Positions 1 to 10,034 are shown, numbered from the stretch's first letter. The stretch: 64,000 bases of DNA from Bacteroidota bacterium (GCA_043811005.1 JBDRNO010000240.1:467-64466); one strand, 5' to 3'. Translations and numbers: made by a program. The notes: a model not told the origin generated them from the letters alone.

Positions 1-2
1 CT

Positions 3-2042
3 GTTTATTGCATTAGGTTATTAATAACAATGGTGATCTTGCATCCCTACGTCCACTGCTTACAAGCACAGGTTTCTTCTGGTGGCATTCCCTATTCTGC
101 CATAGATAACATATATTGCCCTGATTCTATTCGTAATGCAACTATTCCAGAATTTGTATTACCCTATATGGATAATGATTCCCTTATATCTGCTGAATCC
201 AGAAATGGCAATACCTATAAGTATGGGGTGGGATTGGATGTAAATATAAATTTGAATAATTCCGGACGATGGGATCTATTACCCGATAGCAGCCGCTTAT
301 GGCGCTTACAAATTACTTCGACCTTTGCTTATGGTTTACAGCTTAATTTTAACAATTTTGTAATGCCTGATAATGGAGAATTGTTTATTTACACCCCTGA
401 CAGAAGTTTTATATTAGGAGCATTTACACTGGATAACAATAAAGAAAGTGGTGCATTTGCCATACAGCCGTTGCCCGGTAATTCCATTATTTTGGAGTAT
501 TATGAGGCATTTGATGCCTTACAGGTAGGCATAATGGAAATTTCAAGAGTGGGCCATGTTTACAAAGATATTTTTAATGTATCAGCATCAAAAGCATCAA
601 AAGTATCAAGTAATTCAGGTTATTGTCAAATCAATGTAAACTGCGAAGTTTGTGCCAAGGATGAGAATGTCATACGCTCAGTCGTTTATATTTTTGATCC
701 TATCACTTATAATATTTGCACAGGAGCCATGATCAATAATACCAGCCAGGATGGGAAACAGTATTTACTCACTGCTTTTCATAATCTTGACATAGATCTT
801 AATTGTCAACTAACCAATGATGAAGTGCAGGTACTTAGTCAATGGATATTTATATTTAACTATGAAGCCAGCGACTGCTCAGGTAGTACGGGACCGCAAA
901 ATCAATCAGTCTCTGGCGCTGTATTAGAAGCTTCCAGTAGCATTTCAGATTACGCTTTACTGCGCTTAGATGAGATCATTCCTCCAAACTATGATGTATA
1001 TTTAGCAGGTTGGGATGCTAGCGGTCTTTCCGTAACCTCTGCTTATGCAATTCATCATCCGAATGGCGACATAAAAAAGATAAACTGTTCAACTAATATT
1101 ATACCCGATGATTGGGGGGGATGCGGAACAGATGGACACTGGAATATAATCTGGAATAACGGAGTTAATGAGCCTGGCTCTTCAGGTTCTCCGCTTTTTG
1201 ATATATATGGTCGTATTATTGGTCAGCTTACCGGAGGCTTTTCAGAATGTGAAGATATACCTTCAACCCCCATAACCGAAGGTCCATATGAAGCTGATTT
1301 TTATGGCAGATTGGATGTGAGTTGGAACAACGGACTCAGGTGGATTTTAGATCCTATGTTCGGAAGTAGCTGGTCACAAGATGGTATTGATTTGAATGAT
1401 ACCCCTGTTTTTGGAGGTGGAGGCGATCCTGGTGGAGGCGGCTCAGGCACTGTATGTTGTACTGTTAATCCAAAGAACAAGACTTACAGAAATAGAACTT
1501 GGTCAGATAAATTTAAAATAGAACGTGTTGAAATCTCAATTACAGGAGAAAATATTGTTATCAAAAATGATTCATATGTAAATTTCACTGCTGGCAGCTA
1601 TATAGAATTAACGAATTTTGACGTAGATGAAAGCAGTGCTTTCTATGCCCAAATTGCACCTTGCGATGGGACTGGTGATTGTGGTCCCGCTGGAAAAAAA
1701 GGCAACAACGAAAATTATGGAGGCAATAATGTGACATCTTCTATAAAAGAAATTAAAAATTTAAACAATCAAGAATCATTAGATAATAGTATAGACATTA
1801 CTAATAATATTACTATCCACCCTAACCCCACCCCCGGCAAATTCATCATCACCATCCCACAAGCACAAGAAGGCAGTGCTTCAATTTATATTACAGACAT
1901 TTTGGGAAGAACGGTGTATGAAAAGCAAAATAATACAGAGCCAATACTTACCGTAGACCTATCCACCCAGCGTCAGGGCATCTTCTTTGTTAAAGTAATA
2001 AGCGGGGATGAAGTTTTCATTGAAAAAATTGTACTTCAATAA
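3..2042 (+). CDS. secreted S1-type (lysyl-endopeptidase-like) serine protease with T9SS C-terminal sorting domain; 5' end probably outside window
   Basis: ORF 30..2042, but the frame stays open to the window edge and the first residues (..HCLQAQ) look like the end of a signal peptide. TAFHN and GSSGSP catalytic-type motifs and a Gly-rich linker are present. The last ~75 aa (IHPNPTPGKF...GIFFVKV...KIVLQ) fit the Por/T9SS CTD pattern. Confidence 0.75.
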   Translation, partial: VYCIRLLITMVILHPYVHCLQAQVSSGGIPYSAIDNIYCPDSIRNATIPEFVLPYMDNDSLISAESRNGNTYKYGVGLDVNINLNNSGRWDLLPDSSRLWRLQITSTFAYGLQLNFNNFVMPDNGELFIYTPDRSFILGAFTLDNNKESGAFAIQPLPGNSIILEYYEAFDALQVGIMEISRVGHVYKDIFNVSASKASKVSSNSGYCQINVNCEVCAKDENVIRSVVYIFDPITYNICTGAMINNTSQDGKQYLLTAFHNLDIDLNCQLTNDEVQVLSQWIFIFNYEASDCSGSTGPQNQSVSGAVLEASSSISDYALLRLDEIIPPNYDVYLAGWDASGLSVTSAYAIHHPNGDIKKINCSTNIIPDDWGGCGTDGHWNIIWNNGVNEPGSSGSPLFDIYGRIIGQLTGGFSECEDIPSTPITEGPYEADFYGRLDVSWNNGLRWILDPMFGSSWSQDGIDLNDTPVFGGGGDPGGGGSGTVCCTVNPKNKTYRNRTWSDKFKIERVEISITGENIVIKNDSYVNFTAGSYIELTNFDVDESSAFYAQIAPCDGTGDCGPAGKKGNNENYGGNNVTSSIKEIKNLNNQESLDNSIDITNNITIHPNPTPGKFIITIPQAQEGSASIYITDILGRTVYEKQNNTEPILTVDLSTQRQGIFFVKVISGDEVFIEKIVLQ

Positions 2043-2098
2043 TTTTTTTTCTTCCTGGGATACGCCTCATTTGTGTAAAATATAATGTTAGCAATTGG

Positions 2099-2865
2099 GG
2101 TAATGTATTAAATTAGTTGGTAAAAAATGGAATGTATTTATTGTAAGTCCGAATGTATAAAATATGGTAAGCAAAAAAGTGGTGAACAAAGGTATCAGTG
2201 CAAATTGTGTAAACGAACCCAACAGGAAAAATATAGATATAATGCATATAAACCTTTGGTTAATGAGTTTATAAGAGATCACGTAAAAGAAGGCAGTGGA
2301 ATACGTAGTATAGGTAGATTATTAAAGATTTCCCCAATAACAGTGATGAGGAGAATATTGAGTTTATCAATATCAATTCAACGTCCAATGTTGTCATTAT
2401 ACAAGAATTATGAAGTAGATGAATTATGTACATATATAGGCAAGAAAACCAGAAAGCGTTGGGTGGCTTATGCACTACGAAAAGATACGAAAGAGGTAGC
2501 AGACTTTGTAGTTGGCACCAGAACCTTACTGACATTGAAAAAGATTACTGATCCGTTAATATTATCAGAAGCGAGCGAAATTTATACAGATGGGCTAAAC
2601 ATTTATAAAAATTTGCTATATAAAAAAAACCATATAGTAAAACGGTACAAAATTAACCATATTGAAAGGATGAATTTAACATTAAGAACGCATCTTAAAC
2701 GCCTGAGTAGAAGGACAATATGCTATTCAAAAAGCCTTATCATGTTAAACGCATGTTTGAAGATATATTTTTGGGGATGATACTGTGTTCATTGTAGGAA
2801 AAATTTGTATATTTGGGAAATGAATAAAAAAATTCATAATCACTTCAACCGCCTGAACTCTTACC
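2099..2865. mobile_element. IS1-family insertion sequence (boundaries tentative)
   Basis: Contains a single-ORF IS1-type transposase. Candidate termini GGTAATG (2099) and CTCTTACC (ending 2865) give about the canonical IS1 length. Only the terminal 5 nt form a convincing inverted repeat, and no target-site duplication is visible. Confidence 0.3.
2127..2780 (+). CDS. IS1 family transposase (single ORF)
   Basis: N-terminal Cys4 zinc finger (CIYC...CKLC). C-terminal block YTDGLNIY...HIERMNLTLRTHLKRLSRRTICYSKS is typical of IS1 InsB. Confidence 0.8.
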   Translation: MECIYCKSECIKYGKQKSGEQRYQCKLCKRTQQEKYRYNAYKPLVNEFIRDHVKEGSGIRSIGRLLKISPITVMRRILSLSISIQRPMLSLYKNYEVDELCTYIGKKTRKRWVAYALRKDTKEVADFVVGTRTLLTLKKITDPLILSEASEIYTDGLNIYKNLLYKKNHIVKRYKINHIERMNLTLRTHLKRLSRRTICYSKSLIMLNACLKIYFWG

Positions 2866-2901
2866 ATGTAACGGGAGAATGGTTTCTCCAATTATTTTTC
2901 G

Positions 2902-4653
2902 CTATCTCATACCAGTATTTTCATCAAACAATTTCCCGGGATTTAAGATGCTATTGGGGTCAAAATGCTGTTTTATTGTCTGTAAAATCTTTCTTTCTCC
3001 GGCAGTCAGTTTTTGAAGATACCATTTACGATGGTCTTTACCAATGCCATGATGGTGGCTGATCGCACCCCCATGATCAATGATTGCTTTTGATACAATT
3101 TCCTTAATCTTCAACCATTGGTTCAACTCATTATCTTTTTCCTGTTGTGCCATCAATGTAAAATACAGAGAAGCTCCGGTTTGATAAATATGTGACAAGT
3201 GACAAAAAAGAAGCCCTCCTTTTTCAAAATAATCACTCTCTTTTTTAAGCGAATCTCTAATGTGATGATAAAGGGGTAATAAATCCTTCCAATAGGTTAC
3301 TGTTTCAAACGTATCTATTACAATACGATGTTCTATAAGCGTGTCGCGCAGGTATGGTAATGCAAAACGGTTTTTCTCCCAGTTATCTGAAACAGATGCA
3401 GGAAGCAGCTTTGCCTTGTGAGCTCTTGCGATCTTGGAAGCAACTTTAGATGCAGTTATATCACTCAAATTATTAATGGCAAACCGCATCATCAGAATGC
3501 TGGGATTTTGATATCCTTTTGCTGCTAAATAAGACTTCATCCAGTCTCGGGCAAGTTTTTGAAAACCCTTTTTTTTAGTTTGGCTGAATAGAGACAGCAT
3601 TTTGGTTTCATCAGTATCTGATAACCTGGAGATAGCCGGATGGATACCTGATTGAACAATTTTTTGTAAAGCTGACACTCCGGACTCGAGATCTTTAAAA
3701 AGAGCTACAACCCATTTGTATTTTCCCGGCTTTCGGTGAATACGCATCTTTGCATGGACAATAACACCCAAAGTACCTTCTGAACCGATAAATAACGGAT
3801 GAACATCTATCCCGGAAGCATGCTTTGGAAAATCAGTTTGTTCAATTGTATATCGGGGAGTAACCACTTTTAATCCAAGAACCATATCTTCAATTTTGCC
3901 ATATAGCCCTGATTCCTGCCCTGCCGATCTTGTTGCCAGCCATCCTCCAAGAGTTGAAAATTCGAAGGATTGAGGGAAATGCCCTAAAGTAAATCCCTGC
4001 TCGTAAAGAATTCTCTCGAGTTCCGGGCCATAAATCCCGGCTTCGAAAGTAGCTGTAAGTGAGACAGGGTCAATATCTATCAACCGGTCCATTCTTTTCA
4101 TATTCAAAGAACAAGTCCAATTATCTTCAACTCTACCCATCTGCTCTCTCGATAAAGGGGGGGGAAGTTCCAGCGCGCTGGTGCTCCCTCCCTTCGGGGA
4201 GGGTCGGGGAGGGGCCTCTATTCCTACGGCTCCTGTCACATTGCTGCCTCCACTGAATGTTATTACTGTTATTTGATTCTTCTCAGCTTGCTTAAGGATG
4301 TGAACAACATCATCCACCGATTCGGGGAAAAGAACAAAATCAGGTGCTATTACCTGATCATCAGTAAATATACGGATCGCATCGTGATAGCTCTTTCCAA
4401 AAGCATATCGCAAGCGCTCTTCATTATCAATTGAGAACTGGCTGGGGTTCAATTCAGGAAAAATGGATTTAAAATCCTCTAAAGTGAAGGATGAAACGGT
4501 AAGTGATGAAAGCCGGTCAGGAATTTTAAAATCATCTGCCAATTTTTTTTTCCACTTTTCTTCGAGAAACTGTTTTAATTCAGGAAAATCATTCAAATGA
4601 AAGGACTTTTCAGGGTCACCCCATTTCCACCAGGTTGGCATCATATTACTCAT
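2902..4653 (-). CDS. FAD-linked oxidase, alkyl-dihydroxyacetonephosphate-synthase-like
   Basis: 583 aa with an N-terminal WWKWGDP motif. PCMH-type FAD-binding core (ITFSGGSNVTGAV, GSEGTLGVI) and C-terminal HHHGIG. Carries a GC-rich in-frame insert near 4150-4215. Confidence 0.7.
   Translation of the reverse strand: MSNMMPTWWKWGDPEKSFHLNDFPELKQFLEEKWKKKLADDFKIPDRLSSLTVSSFTLEDFKSIFPELNPSQFSIDNEERLRYAFGKSYHDAIRIFTDDQVIAPDFVLFPESVDDVVHILKQAEKNQITVITFSGGSNVTGAVGIEAPPRPSPKGGSTSALELPPPLSREQMGRVEDNWTCSLNMKRMDRLIDIDPVSLTATFEAGIYGPELERILYEQGFTLGHFPQSFEFSTLGGWLATRSAGQESGLYGKIEDMVLGLKVVTPRYTIEQTDFPKHASGIDVHPLFIGSEGTLGVIVHAKMRIHRKPGKYKWVVALFKDLESGVSALQKIVQSGIHPAISRLSDTDETKMLSLFSQTKKKGFQKLARDWMKSYLAAKGYQNPSILMMRFAINNLSDITASKVASKIARAHKAKLLPASVSDNWEKNRFALPYLRDTLIEHRIVIDTFETVTYWKDLLPLYHHIRDSLKKESDYFEKGGLLFCHLSHIYQTGASLYFTLMAQQEKDNELNQWLKIKEIVSKAIIDHGGAISHHHGIGKDHRKWYLQKLTAGERKILQTIKQHFDPNSILNPGKLFDENTGMR
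4157..4203. repeat. GC-rich hairpin block inside CDS (G8 run, CCAGCGCGCTGG palindrome, CCCTCCC-TTCG-GGGAGGG stem-loop)
   Basis: Read directly: G8 at 4157-4164, 12-nt palindrome at 4170-4181, perfect 7-bp stem with a 4-nt loop at 4186-4203. Translated in frame as PPRPSPKGGSTSALELPPP. Confidence 0.8.
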
Positions 4654-4722
4654 TTTTTTCTGCTATTACGAATGAACTCTGTGTGACTCTGTTTTCTCTG
4701 TGAACCCTGTATTAAAATCAAT

Positions 4723-6324
4723 TTAAATTCCCTTTAGCTGCTCATCCAATGGTCTGTTCGTATTTCCTTCTTTCTCAGGTATTAACGACATTGCATATTC
4801 ACTTAATGAAGTGATAGTAAGGGCGGGATTGACACCAAGGTTGCAGGGCATAATTGAACCGTCCAGGATATACATATTGGAATAGCCGAAAGCTTCAAAT
4901 TTTTCATTCACAACACCTTCCTCTTTCGTCCTTCCCATTGGGCAGCCACCGAGGATATGGGCGGTTGATGACATATTAAATAAAACTTCTGTAAGCGCAT
5001 TTTGGGATATGCCGTTTACTTTATTAGCATACCTGTGCATTACTTGTTGACCAACGTCAATATAAGCAGGCACCCGGTTTTCCTTTTTATTCCATATTGA
5101 AATTCGGGAAAAAGGAAAACGCTTATAAACCATTTTCATTGAACTATCAAGTGATTGCATTACCAGGAAAATTATGGATTTATGCGCCCATTTTTTATCA
5201 AACAACAGTTTCAGGAACCTGAAAGGATTCTTTAAAATATTAAGTAGTAATTTTAAACTACGAATTACCGGATGCCCCGATCCTGTTGCTAATGTTGCAA
5301 ATAATTTCATTGTATTGGAACCATCGGGGTATTTAACGATCTCAATATGTGTATTTTCATCCGGATTAAATACTGAAGATATCGCTATTCCGTGATTAAG
5401 CTTTTCACCGGAGCTCGTCACTCCGCAAAGGGTCTCTGAATTGGTCCTGAGATTTTCACCGAGCTTTTCGGATAATCCTGTTAGGGTTTTATATTTATAT
5501 TTCTGTTTTAGCAACAGGTCCATTGTTCCGAGAACACCTCCTGAAACAACCAGCCCATTACTAACGTATTTTTTCTTATTCCGTTTAAACCATGATGTAC
5601 TGGAATGAGTATGGATGATGTAACGGTCGTCAATGTATTCAACCCGTTCAACCATCCGTTCCGCTTCTATCTGTACTCCGAAATTTTTGGCGAAGAAAAG
5701 ATAATTCTTATCAAGAGTATTCTTGGCATTCTGCCTGCAACCGACCATACAACCGGCACTTTCATCACAACCTTTACGTTTTGGCCCCAACCCTTTGAAG
5801 TAAGGATCAACTTCCTTTTCAGTATCGCCAAAATAAATACCCACATCCACTCCTTCAAAAGAAGATTCACGCCCCATATCTATTGCTACTTCCTTTAGAA
5901 CTTCATCTGCACGGTCAAATGTTTTGTTTTTTGTTGTCCCAAGCATAAATCGGGCTTTTTCATAAAACGGGATTAAAATTTCTTTCCAATCTTTGAAATG
6001 CGACCAGACGGGATTATTGAAAAATTCATCGGGAGGGAACATGTGGGTATTGGCATAACCCAAGCTGCCCCCTCCTACTCCAACTCCGCTTAGGATAAAA
6101 ACTTCCTTAAAAAAAGATAGCTTTAGAAACCCGAACCATTTGAGCGGAGGAGCCCAAAAATATTTACGAAAATTCAGGTTTGTTTTCGGGAAATCTTCAT
6201 TTCTGTATTCTTTACCTTTTTCAAGGACTAAAACACTATACCCTTTTTCTGCAAGCCGTAGTGCGGATACTGAGCCGCCAAATCCCGACCCAATCACAAT
6301 ATAATCATAAATTTTTTCAGTCAT
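4723..6324 (-). CDS. GMC-family FAD oxidoreductase (cholesterol-oxidase-like)
   Basis: YDYIVIGSGFGGSVSALRLAEKGYSVLVLEKG Rossmann motif near the N-terminus and a GMC C-terminal block DGSIMPCNLGVNPALTI. I prefer the ATG at 6324 over the TTG at 6348, which lies inside a palindrome. Confidence 0.75.
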   Translation of the reverse strand: MTEKIYDYIVIGSGFGGSVSALRLAEKGYSVLVLEKGKEYRNEDFPKTNLNFRKYFWAPPLKWFGFLKLSFFKEVFILSGVGVGGGSLGYANTHMFPPDEFFNNPVWSHFKDWKEILIPFYEKARFMLGTTKNKTFDRADEVLKEVAIDMGRESSFEGVDVGIYFGDTEKEVDPYFKGLGPKRKGCDESAGCMVGCRQNAKNTLDKNYLFFAKNFGVQIEAERMVERVEYIDDRYIIHTHSSTSWFKRNKKKYVSNGLVVSGGVLGTMDLLLKQKYKYKTLTGLSEKLGENLRTNSETLCGVTSSGEKLNHGIAISSVFNPDENTHIEIVKYPDGSNTMKLFATLATGSGHPVIRSLKLLLNILKNPFRFLKLLFDKKWAHKSIIFLVMQSLDSSMKMVYKRFPFSRISIWNKKENRVPAYIDVGQQVMHRYANKVNGISQNALTEVLFNMSSTAHILGGCPMGRTKEEGVVNEKFEAFGYSNMYILDGSIMPCNLGVNPALTITSLSEYAMSLIPEKEGNTNRPLDEQLKGI

Positions 6325-6338
6325 TTTATCTTTAATAT

Positions 6339-6371
6339 AACTTTCCAAAAGTTTAAAACTTTTGGAAAGTT
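6339..6371. repeat. perfect palindrome AACTTTCCAAAAGTT-TAA-AACTTTTGGAAAGTT (15-bp arms)
   Basis: Read directly. The same 15-bp arms occur at 36347-36380 inside the iorA-fusion CDS. Confidence 0.9.
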
Positions 6372-6489
6372 GTTATTCACAAAAGTATTAATAAATGTTT
6401 ATTAATAACGCAGCTTCTGGATCCGGTACCTCAACCTAAAAGATCCTTTTGATTTCCTGCATGGTATGGACTTGTTCAGATCACGCATA

Positions 6490-7887
6490 TTATAAATCAA
6501 CTTTTTGTAAGGGAGTAACTCTGTTAACAATCTCAAAAGCTGCGGTACTTTCAGATTCAAAAACTTCTACCTTATTTGTCCTCAAATCGGTTAATTCTAT
6601 TTTTAACGCAGCCAGCTTACTGTTGTAGCACCAGAGCTTAGAGTCATCAGTATCGGTATATTCCACAAGAGCTACCTTCCCGGGTGAAGTGGCGATCCCT
6701 TTAAGAGTTGCTGTTGAAGATTTAGCCATAAATTCCCATTTACCTTCACCAAATTCAGATTGAGCGGTGAATAACTTTATCGTTGATGAGAACTCATATC
6801 TTCGTTCACCAACAATGAGAATAAATGAAGAGAGTGGAGGTGTAACTTTGCCGCCTAATTTGATCCGGGCAGACAGTCCTTCAAAGATCACGTTGTCATG
6901 CCCTTTAAAATTATTGCAATGCGCCCATGCCCATGAGTGTGCGCTTTTTTTGCCGTATATATGACCTATCATGCCGGGTTTGTCTTCAATATTAATTGAT
7001 TCCGATCCATTTATAATAGTCCCTGAAAAACGCAGGTCAAGGAAACAGGCGCTATACGTGCTTTTTGCTACATGCAGGGTTTTTACAAAAGGTGGTACAT
7101 GCTCAAACCGGTGGCCATTATCCTTAAACTTAAGATCCCACGAAATACCATCGGCTTGACCAATTGCATTGGCTCCGTCAAGGTGAGCTTTCCCGATGTG
7201 AAAGACCTGGGACAGATCCTGAAACCGTTGTAAATCTTCATTATCCGGAATGATAACACAGTTGGATGGAGCCAGATCACTTAACTTCCAGGTTTGTTTT
7301 CCCACTGCTACATTATCATTATCAAAAAGTAATGCCCATGTACTTGCTTCTTTTTTTACTCCGTCAAGGATAGTATAGCGGAACCATAAAGCCCTGCCTG
7401 GTGAGAGATCAATTTTCCCAAACCAAACTTCATAATGGGGAAATTTCGCGGGCAGAATACGTGCAAATTCCCTGACAAGCCCTTCAGTCACTACAGATGG
7501 ATAAGTTATGAATAGAGTAAACGCTACAAATCCATCAACAACGGCACAAAGAAGCCAGGCAGGACCGCTTGATATAGCAAGTACTATAAATCCAATAACA
7601 CTTATGGTCTTTGCAATAAGAAGCGTTACATAAGGAGCTTTTCGTTCAGGATACCGGGCACTTGTTCCTGCCAATAGCACTAAAGCGCCCATAAGTGAAA
7701 TGGAAAGAACATACCAGAGATTGCCGGTTGGAACCAGGATATCACCGCTCAGTCCAAGAAAGCCAGAAACTGTAATAAGCCATTTGCCCAATTGTGCAGG
7801 GATAGTTATAAACAAGATGCCAACGAATAAAAAGGCAACACACCAGGTTTTAGCAACTTTTGAATATAATTCAGGGTTTTTCTTCAT
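6490..7887 (-). CDS. hypothetical membrane protein (N-terminal TM helices plus soluble C-terminal domain)
   Basis: 465-aa ORF with a hydrophobic N-terminal ~140 aa. No family recognised with confidence; ..HSWAWAHCNNF.. only weakly resembles tocopherol-cyclase-type motifs. Confidence 0.5.
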   Translation of the reverse strand: MKKNPELYSKVAKTWCVAFLFVGILFITIPAQLGKWLITVSGFLGLSGDILVPTGNLWYVLSISLMGALVLLAGTSARYPERKAPYVTLLIAKTISVIGFIVLAISSGPAWLLCAVVDGFVAFTLFITYPSVVTEGLVREFARILPAKFPHYEVWFGKIDLSPGRALWFRYTILDGVKKEASTWALLFDNDNVAVGKQTWKLSDLAPSNCVIIPDNEDLQRFQDLSQVFHIGKAHLDGANAIGQADGISWDLKFKDNGHRFEHVPPFVKTLHVAKSTYSACFLDLRFSGTIINGSESINIEDKPGMIGHIYGKKSAHSWAWAHCNNFKGHDNVIFEGLSARIKLGGKVTPPLSSFILIVGERRYEFSSTIKLFTAQSEFGEGKWEFMAKSSTATLKGIATSPGKVALVEYTDTDDSKLWCYNSKLAALKIELTDLRTNKVEVFESESTAAFEIVNRVTPLQKVDL

Positions 7888-8000
7888 GATAATAAAATTT
7901 TAAAATATGTTGTAAATATAAAAGATTGTGTATTATGAGCAAAACATAGAAACATTAATACCTAATTAATAATATTTTGCAGTATTATTACCCCCTCTGT

Positions 8001-8064
8001 ATCTCCCCCTAAAAACAGGGGGAAACCCTCCGCAACAGCTCTCCCTCTCCCGTTTTTAGGAGTT
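8001..8064. repeat. intergenic GC-rich hairpin pair (TCCCCCT-AAAAAC-AGGGGGA and inverted partner)
   Basis: 7-bp stem at 8004-8023. CCCGTTTTTAGGAG at 8049-8064 contains the reverse complement of the CTAAAAAC core. Confidence 0.6.
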
Positions 8065-8093
8065 TGCGTCTTATTGTTTTTGCTTTATGCAGG

Positions 8094-9224
8094 TTAGGGT
8101 ATTTCAAATTCAACCAATACCGGCAGATGGTCTGATAATGTCAAGGTGTTTTGATGCCTGACATAATGTTCCCCCAGGTGTATGTTATCAGACATGAAAA
8201 TATAATCAATTGTCTTATCGGGCTTTTCTATGCCGGGATCATTGGGGAAGTGCGTAAACCATTGTTCATAACCGGGGTCATTGACTTCCTGTAAACTTGG
8301 CACTGCCTGATACTTTTCATATAATATCACAATTTCTGTTTCCCTTTTAATAAATCTCCTTCCATACCAATCGCCTGTATGTTCAGAAGGCATGGCAGAT
8401 AAATATTCTTCTTTTAATTTACTGTAAGATCTGCCAGGAGGCACCAAATTATAATCTCCCCCGATGATCCAGGGATTACCATTTTGAGTAATCTCTTCCA
8501 AAATAGAATTTACCTTTTTCACTTGTCCCTCCATTGTGACTGTGTCAGGCACAAAAGCATCAAAATGAGTGTTTAAAACCACAAGGTCTTTGGCGTTTTC
8601 CACAGGTAACCGGACCTCCAGTACAGCACGTTTGAAGTTAAACTGCTGGAATATTGGGTTTGCAGGTATCAATGGCAACTGATAGCGAATTGCCTCATTA
8701 ATTTTATATTTTGATATTGTTGCCAACTTCAAACCCACAGCTCCCATAATATGAGGGTGGGGAATAAAAGATGCTTTCCAGTAAAATGTGGAAGCGTAAC
8801 AGCTATATTCTTTAGAGAGTAAAGATAACAGGTTAGCTAACTGATCCTGGTAATCAGTTCGTTTTGCACCTTCATGAACTTCCTGCAATAAAATAATATC
8901 GGGATTTTCTTCTTGTATTATCCGTGCAACCTCTTTTGTAGTTATAGCGATATCTTCAGCAGAGGGCCTATCATCAGGACCGGAGCCGTCTTTCATATCA
9001 TAGAAAAAAACATAGTTCTTGCCCGCCATATATTGTATGTTCCAGCTCAGCACTTTAAGTTTTTTACCTGGCTTTAATGCCGGAGACTGATCAGAACAAA
9101 CCACTTGTTCGGGTTGTATGTCTCTTGGATGGTAAGTGATGAACCATACCAAGGTTAAGAAAAGTATAAGAATAGCTGCTATAATGGCAAAGGTCCATTT
9201 TATTATTTTTTTGAGTTTGCTCAC
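8094..9224 (-). CDS. endonuclease/exonuclease/phosphatase (EEP) family protein with N-terminal membrane anchor
   Basis: LKVLSWNIQY, LLQEV and C-terminal SDHLPV motifs. GTG start. Confidence 0.7.
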   Translation of the reverse strand: MSKLKKIIKWTFAIIAAILILFLTLVWFITYHPRDIQPEQVVCSDQSPALKPGKKLKVLSWNIQYMAGKNYVFFYDMKDGSGPDDRPSAEDIAITTKEVARIIQEENPDIILLQEVHEGAKRTDYQDQLANLLSLLSKEYSCYASTFYWKASFIPHPHIMGAVGLKLATISKYKINEAIRYQLPLIPANPIFQQFNFKRAVLEVRLPVENAKDLVVLNTHFDAFVPDTVTMEGQVKKVNSILEEITQNGNPWIIGGDYNLVPPGRSYSKLKEEYLSAMPSEHTGDWYGRRFIKRETEIVILYEKYQAVPSLQEVNDPGYEQWFTHFPNDPGIEKPDKTIDYIFMSDNIHLGEHYVRHQNTLTLSDHLPVLVEFEIP

Positions 9225-9335
9225 TTGTTATTATATGTACCGAAATTTCAAAGTTTATAACTATAAATATTATTTACAAAATTAAACATATATACCATTC
9301 TTAATTAAAAAATTAAATTTGAATCATTCTTTTTC

Positions 9336-9499
9336 CCGCCATAGCAGTAAATTTACTTCTTTTTACACTTTTTTTGTTCCAACAATAACTGTAAAAGCAC
9401 TTTTTTACTGCCATAACAGTAAAATATACTATTTTTGCATAAATATATTGTAAATTTACATAAAATTTATTATTTTTGCTGCTTTAACAGTAAAATATC
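9336..9499 (+). promoter_or_regulatory. three spaced operator-like repeats with core A[GA]CAGTAAA upstream of hipB
   Basis: CATAGCAGTAAATTTACT (palindrome AGTAAATTTACT at 9346-9357), TTTTACTG-CCATAA-CAGTAAAA (9403-9424) and TTTAACAGTAAAATA (9484-9498). The repeats are spaced about 70 bp apart. Confidence 0.45.
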
Positions 9500-9736
9500 G
9501 TGATCAATTCAATTTATTTAGGAAGAATTATAAGATATCACCGCAAAGCAGCGGGTCTCACTCAAATCGAGCTTGCTGATTTGGCAGGATTAGGTAAAAC
9601 CGTTATATATGATATTGAAAAAGGAAAGGAAACAGTTCAATGGAGGTCTGTGAAATCCTTATTGAATGCATTAAACATAAAAATAAAACTGGAAAGTCCT
9701 TTAATGGAAAAATTTATTAAGCATGAGAAAAGTTAA
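9500..9736 (+). CDS. hipB: XRE-family HTH protein, HipB-like
   Basis: 78 aa with an HTH_XRE pattern (AGLTQIELADLAGLGKTVIYDIEKGK). Overlaps the next gene by 14 nt. Confidence 0.75.
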   Translation: MINSIYLGRIIRYHRKAAGLTQIELADLAGLGKTVIYDIEKGKETVQWRSVKSLLNALNIKIKLESPLMEKFIKHEKS

Positions 9737-10034
9737 GGTTTTTGTTCACGGAAAAGATGCCGGTATTTTAACTGAGATTGAGCCCGAAAAAAGTTATTCT
9801 TTTGAATATATTGAAGAGTATGATGGTTATCCTGTTTCTTTAACTATGCCGGTTAAAGAAAAACGATTCCATTTTGATAATTTCCCGCCATTTTTTGATG
9901 GTGTACTGCCCGAAGGATTTATGTTGGATGCATTATTAAAACACAGTAAAATTGACCGTAACGATCATTTTTCACAACTAATAACCACCGGAAAGGATTT
10001 GGTAGGAGCCATAACCGTTGAAGAAATAACATGA
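9723..10034 (+). CDS. hipS: HipA N-terminal-domain protein (HipS-like)
   Basis: 103 aa with the pattern VFVHGKDAGILT...FFDGVLPEG...GKDLVGAI, typical of the HipA N-terminal (couple_hipA) domain as a stand-alone protein. Confidence 0.7.
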   Translation: MRKVKVFVHGKDAGILTEIEPEKSYSFEYIEEYDGYPVSLTMPVKEKRFHFDNFPPFFDGVLPEGFMLDALLKHSKIDRNDHFSQLITTGKDLVGAITVEEIT

